DNA of 11,383 nucleotides, from positions 1 through 11,383 of the forward strand of contig JAEOSI010000054.1 in NCBI GenBank assembly GCA_016840425.1. The letters are read 5' to 3'. Numbering within the stretch: the first letter of the stretch is position 1; every line of letters begins with the position of its first letter. A program made the translations under genes and the position numbers. The stretch is from Candidatus Wukongarchaeum yapensis. GTDB lineage: Archaea > Asgardarchaeota > Wukongarchaeia > Wukongarchaeales > Wukongarchaeaceae. Under the pieces are notes generated by a model. It made no database searches. It saw nothing but the letters and a program-made list of their open reading frames with translations, and was not told the DNA's origin. This document shows positions 7,735 to 11,383 of the stretch, piece after piece.

Positions 7735-8419
7735 TTCCAACCTCTTTTTCTGCTTCTTCTACCTCTTCCCTTGCCTCTTCTTCTACCTCAATTTTTACTA
7801 ATTTAGATTCGTCTATTTTAAAGCTTAATTTGTCAATCTTTCGTTCTAGCTTCTCAATCTCCTTTTTTAATAATGTTTTACGTTTTTTAAGCGAGTCTAG
7901 GTAGTCTTTTTCTTCTTCTTTTTCTTCTTCTTCGTGTCTTTTGTAAAGATGTTCAGGGAAACTTGTTTTTAGGGCTGATCTTAAACTTTCAATAGCGGTT
8001 TGCATTGCAGATTTTACGGTGTATTTGGTGAACTTTCCGATCTCTTTTCCTAAATGTTCCCAATAATGAGATTGGAAAGCTATTTCTTCTTCAAATTCGT
8101 CCATGAAACGGTCTTCTTGAAAGACCTCTTCTAAAACCTTTTCGCCTTTTTCTGTTATTTCGTACAGAAGTTTATCAGGGACATCTTCCTGTGCTATCTT
8201 GCCTTTTTCCGCGATCAAGCCCTTTTCTTTTAGCTTGTGGAGGGCTGGATAAAGGGTTCCGGACTTTAGCTTCCATAGTCCTGCGAATTCGTTATCTAAC
8301 TCTTTTAGTATGTCGTAGCCGTGGGCTGGTTCTTTTGTTAGTTTAAGAAGTATTAGTATTTGTATTGGGGTGATTTTTCCTGCGCTTGTTTGAATTCCTT
8401 TTTTTCTTAACCAGAACAT
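7724..8419 (-). CDS. PadR-family transcriptional regulator with extended acidic/coiled-coil C-terminus
   Basis: ILILLKL..EPAHGYDILKEL......W.LKSGTLYPALHKLKEKGLI.......KLLYEITEKG is the PadR wHTH signature. SD AAGGTG lies just upstream of the ATG. Confidence 0.95.
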   Translation of the reverse strand: MFWLRKKGIQTSAGKITPIQILILLKLTKEPAHGYDILKELDNEFAGLWKLKSGTLYPALHKLKEKGLIAEKGKIAQEDVPDKLLYEITEKGEKVLEEVFQEDRFMDEFEEEIAFQSHYWEHLGKEIGKFTKYTVKSAMQTAIESLRSALKTSFPEHLYKRHEEEEKEEEKDYLDSLKKRKTLLKKEIEKLERKIDKLSFKIDESKLVKIEVEEEAREEVEEAEKEVGNDG

Positions 8420-8504
8420 TTTAAAAGCACCTTGCCTGAAGTTTTGGTTATGTAGTTCTCATTATATGTAGATTACTATATAGTTGGAAATATGGACAAA
8501 GACC

Positions 8505-8520
8505 TATATAAACCTTTCTA
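8505..8520 (-). promoter_or_regulatory. Archaeal BRE plus TATA promoter of the padR operon
   Basis: Minus strand reads TAGAAAGG-TTTATATA. The predicted start site is near 8480-8485. Confidence 0.7.
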
Positions 8521-8612
8521 TCAAAACCCCGCGCCAAAAAAAGAAAAAACAATGACAATCAGTAAGAGACAAATATAAATGTTTAATTAACTAGCATTTT
8601 TTCATATTACTG

Positions 8613-10730
8613 CTAACGAAACTCAAAAGAAACTAACCCCTGCCCATCCTTTTTCGTAGGAATTTTGGGAGGGTTATTCAGTTTTTCTGTTCCTTTTTCC
8701 CCCGATTTTATTTTTTCTAGAGTTTCTTTTACACTTTCTCGAAAGCAGTATTCTTCATCATTCAAAACTTGTTTGAGGGTCTCTATTGCTGCTTCTCCTA
8801 CTTTTGCCACTTTCCTCCATTCTCCCCTTGCTAATAGGTAGTAGGCTTTTTCTAGGTCGTTTGCAGGCTTCCACCCTAATTTTTCAAGAACTCTTACTAC
8901 TCCAAATCGAACATAGCAATCTTCATCCTTGAGAGCCTCAATAAGAGGTTTTAAAGCCCTTTTGCCACCTATTTTTCCAAGAGCCCACACCGCGCCATCT
9001 CGAACTGTGGAATCCCGATCTTTTAACGCTTTTACGAGAGGTTCTACCGCCCTTTTGCCACCTATTTTTCCAAGAACCTCCGCTGCTACTCTTCTAGCAT
9101 ACCTATTTTCATCCTTCAAAGCTTGGAGGAGGAGGTCAACAGTACTGCTATCTCCTATCTTTCGAAGGGCCCATGCTGCTCTCCTTCGAACATCACGATT
9201 TTCATCCTTCAAAGCTTGAATGAGAGGTTCAGCGGCCCTAACATCCCCTATAGCGCCAAGGGCCCATACCACGGCTCTTCGAACACCTTCATCTTCCTCT
9301 TCATCTTTCAGAGCCTGGCCGAGGGCTTCTACCGCCGGCTCTCCTATCTTTTCTAGAGCTTCTGCTGCCCACCATCGAATATAATTATTCTCATCCTTCA
9401 AAGCCTGAATGAGCTGTTCTACTGCCGGCTCTCCTATCTTAACAAGGGCCTCTGCTGCTCTCCACTGAACATCACTATCTTCATCATTTAAAGCCTGAAT
9501 TAAAGGTTTTATTGCCCTTGAATCCCCTATCTCTCCAAGAATCCATGCTGCTAACCTTCGAACGTCCCTATTTTCTACTTTCAAGATTTGAGTAAAATTG
9601 TTCAATATTTCAACTATACATCCCCATCTTAAAAAGATTAAATTATCAAAATTTGAAAAGGTGGAAACATTTCCTTCCCACCCTTTTTCAAATATATGGC
9701 CAAAATTTAACGTGAATAAAGAAGCCATATCTTTTAAGAAAAGCTCAGCTTTTTCTGGTAGAAGTTCGGGTTCAGCTAGCGTAACAAAAAGTAAGGCTAC
9801 CGTTTTAAATCTTTGCTTCAAACAGTAAAAGCTTGCTCCTTCTAGTTTTAAATGGTTTACTTCTCCACCGCCAACTTCTCTAGCAAATAGATTTATAGCA
9901 GAAAGAAGGCTACCTAACATCTCCAACTTTTGTTCATCTGCGCGCAGCTTTTTCGGCTGTGTCGCGTAGTTAAATATGCAAATTCCACCTTCAGTAAGAA
10001 TGAAAACGGCGTGTATCTCATCGAATATTTCTTTCCTTTTTTGTAATGTAAGCATATCAGACATCAAGAGTTCAGCCCATGCTACGTCTCTTCGAACATC
10101 ACGATTTTCATCCTTCAAAGCTTGGATGAGAGGTTCAACAGCCCTAGCATTCCCTATAGCGTCAAGGGCCCATGCTGCGTCTCTTCGAACACCTTCCTCT
10201 TCATCTTTCAGAGCCTGGCTGAGGGCTTCTACCGCCGGTTTTCCTATCTTTTCTAGAGTTTCTGCTGCCCCCCACTGAATATAGCCATTCTCATCCTTCA
10301 AAATCTTAATGAGCTGTTCTACTGCCGGCTCTCCTATCTTAACAAGGGCCTCTGCTGCTCTCCACTGAACATCACTATCTTCATCATTTAAAGCCTGAAT
10401 TAGAGGTTTTATTGCCCTTGAATCCCCTATCTCTCCAAGAATCCATGCTACTAGCCTTCGAACGTCCTTATTTCCTACTTTTAAAGCTCGTAGGAGGAGA
10501 TCAACCGCCGGTTCTCTTATCTTTTCAAGAGCATCTGTTGCTTCAAATCGAACCTCTAAATCTTCATCTTCCAGAGATTGAATAAGGGGTTCTACAGCCC
10601 TAACATCCCCTATCTCACCAAGAGCAAATGCCGCTTCCCTTCTAACATACCTATCTTTTTCTTTCAAAGCCTGGATGAAAGGTTCTACTGCCTGCTCCCC
10701 TATCATAGCAAGAGTAACAGCTGAAACCAT
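8613..10730 (-). CDS. PBS-lyase-type HEAT-repeat protein with an internal longin-like domain (705 aa)
   Basis: Many 30-31-aa repeats (AVEPLIQALKDED..VR..AA.ALG.IG) and a C-terminal LGWKP...Y.LA..EW motif seen in archaeal HEAT proteins. A non-repeat insert occupies roughly aa 220-382. SD GGGGAG lies 8 nt before the ATG. Confidence 0.93.
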   Translation of the reverse strand: MVSAVTLAMIGEQAVEPFIQALKEKDRYVRREAAFALGEIGDVRAVEPLIQSLEDEDLEVRFEATDALEKIREPAVDLLLRALKVGNKDVRRLVAWILGEIGDSRAIKPLIQALNDEDSDVQWRAAEALVKIGEPAVEQLIKILKDENGYIQWGAAETLEKIGKPAVEALSQALKDEEEGVRRDAAWALDAIGNARAVEPLIQALKDENRDVRRDVAWAELLMSDMLTLQKRKEIFDEIHAVFILTEGGICIFNYATQPKKLRADEQKLEMLGSLLSAINLFAREVGGGEVNHLKLEGASFYCLKQRFKTVALLFVTLAEPELLPEKAELFLKDMASLFTLNFGHIFEKGWEGNVSTFSNFDNLIFLRWGCIVEILNNFTQILKVENRDVRRLAAWILGEIGDSRAIKPLIQALNDEDSDVQWRAAEALVKIGEPAVEQLIQALKDENNYIRWWAAEALEKIGEPAVEALGQALKDEEEDEGVRRAVVWALGAIGDVRAAEPLIQALKDENRDVRRRAAWALRKIGDSSTVDLLLQALKDENRYARRVAAEVLGKIGGKRAVEPLVKALKDRDSTVRDGAVWALGKIGGKRALKPLIEALKDEDCYVRFGVVRVLEKLGWKPANDLEKAYYLLARGEWRKVAKVGEAAIETLKQVLNDEEYCFRESVKETLEKIKSGEKGTEKLNNPPKIPTKKDGQGLVSFEFR
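8956..9075. repeat. Exact 27-bp repeat pair at HEAT period (93 nt)
   Basis: GCCCTTTTGCCACCTATTTTTCCAAGA occurs at 8956-8982 and 9049-9075. Confidence 0.95.
9169..9584. repeat. Long direct repeat, copy B (416 bp)
   Basis: Aligns to 10075-10484 at an offset of 900 (906 before a 6-nt indel near 9291-9296). About 34 mismatches by hand count. 9408-9549 versus 10308-10449 has a single mismatch in 142 bp. Confidence 0.97.
9636..10016 (-). other. Predicted longin-like domain (aa ~239-365 of the HEAT protein)
   Basis: Pattern beta(IHAVFILT)-G-beta(ICIFNY)-alpha(LEMLGSLLSAINLFAREV)-beta(VNHLKL)-beta(FYCLKQ)-beta(ALLFVT)-alpha(AELFLKDMASLFTLNF)-WEGNVSTFSNFDNLI. This fits the bb-a-bbb-aa longin topology and the F..F...W.G....F..F...I tail of archaeal longins. 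Confidence 0.8.
10075..10484. repeat. Long direct repeat, copy A (410 bp)
   Basis: See copy B. For example, lines 9421-9480 and 10321-10380 are identical. Confidence 0.97.
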
Positions 10731-11192
10731 CTAATCGACTCCCCGTCTCCTTAATAAGCTCTTTCAACTTTTTTAATAATCTTAATGTCATGCCTTTTTT
10801 CTCCACTTTGATATTATCTATTTTTAGAATAAATTCACAATACTTTCAAAGTGAAACTATTCAAACCTAAACAAGACCACTATTTTAAAAATTGTGATAG
10901 GAATTTGCGCATGTTTTATTATAAAAACAAATAATAACATTAAATTACAAATTTTGTATTTATAAAAAATATCTAGTATCTATCAATAAAAAAAATCGAA
11001 AAAACGCTTCCAACAACTTGGAACTTTTCAAGAAAATCGTGCAAGAACTATTTGAAAAAACCATGCATGAGTTTGAATCAAAGGTGAGAAGAGTGTAGGT
11101 GTCAGACTCTCAAACCTTGTAAAAGAGGAAAAGAAACAGATACAAATCATGTGTTATCTAAAGGCAGGTAAAACCTGAAAACAGGCTCTTTG

Positions 11193-11226
11193 TTTATTCG
11201 AATGTCCATTTATTCGAATGTCCATT
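11193..11226. repeat. Perfect 16-bp tandem duplication
   Basis: TTTATTCGAATGTCCA x2 plus TT. Confidence 0.95.
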
Positions 11227-11383
11227 CATCTTTATTCTCTGACATGTCCTTCAATATTGATCGGGACATTTTTTCAGGGAGGATGAGAAACAGTTTTACC
11301 AAGTGTTTGCAGATCTTTTTCCTGTCTTTTCTTCTTTCCCAGTCAACGCAGTCATGCCGGATAATCTTTTCTTCCTTGTCGAT
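11210..11383 (-). CDS. C-terminal 57 aa of a protein with a SWIM-like Zn finger (5' part beyond the window)
   Basis: Hand translation: IDKEEKIIRHDCVDWERRKDRKKICKHLVKLFLILPEKMSRSILKDMSENKDEWTFE*. The H-x-C-x12-C-x-H spacing resembles SWIM (CxCxnCxH). Confidence 0.8.
   Translation of the reverse strand: MDKEEKIIRHDCVDWERRKDRKKICKHLVKLFLILPEKMSRSILKDMSENKDEWTFE

Noticed and set aside
9585-10074. Insert in the HEAT protein considered as an intein or mobile element
   Set aside because: No N-terminal Cys/Ser block A, no C-terminal His-Asn plus Cys/Ser/Thr, no terminal inverted repeats and no transposase. The pattern fits a longin instead.
8929-10278. Four plus-strand ORFs inside the HEAT gene
   Set aside because: Antisense shadows produced by the repetitive HEAT codon pattern.
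11018-11098. 26-aa helical-looking plus-strand ORF (LELFKKIVQELFEKTMHEFESKVRRV)
   Set aside because: TTG start without an SD, and too short to support without homology evidence.
1-11383. tRNA, rRNA, CRISPR arrays, IS elements
   Set aside because: No T-loop/cloverleaf, no regularly spaced repeat-spacer units, and no transposase or integrase ORF seen.

Overview
AT-rich archaeal chromosomal window. Evidence for an archaeon: ribosomal protein S25e, TTTAWATA promoters, GGAGGTGA-type SD sites and oligo-T terminators. A longin-type domain and a eukaryote-like eS25 suggest an Asgard-related lineage (inference). Gene order: 5'-truncated SPFH/stomatin gene; two orphan genes; rps25e; a four-gene ABC-2-type transporter operon (ATPase-permease-ATPase-permease); a 35-aa desulforedoxin-like microprotein missed by the ORF track; a PadR regulator with a translationally coupled coiled-coil partner; a 705-aa PBS-lyase-type HEAT-repeat protein; and the 3' end of a SWIM-like Zn-finger gene. 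The main discovery candidate is the HEAT gene. It carries a complete predicted longin domain between two ~410-bp direct repeats (~92% identical, 900/906 bp apart). This gives a HEAT-longin-HEAT chimera whose longin module could be removed in frame by recombination. All alignments, counts and family calls were done by eye, without database searches.
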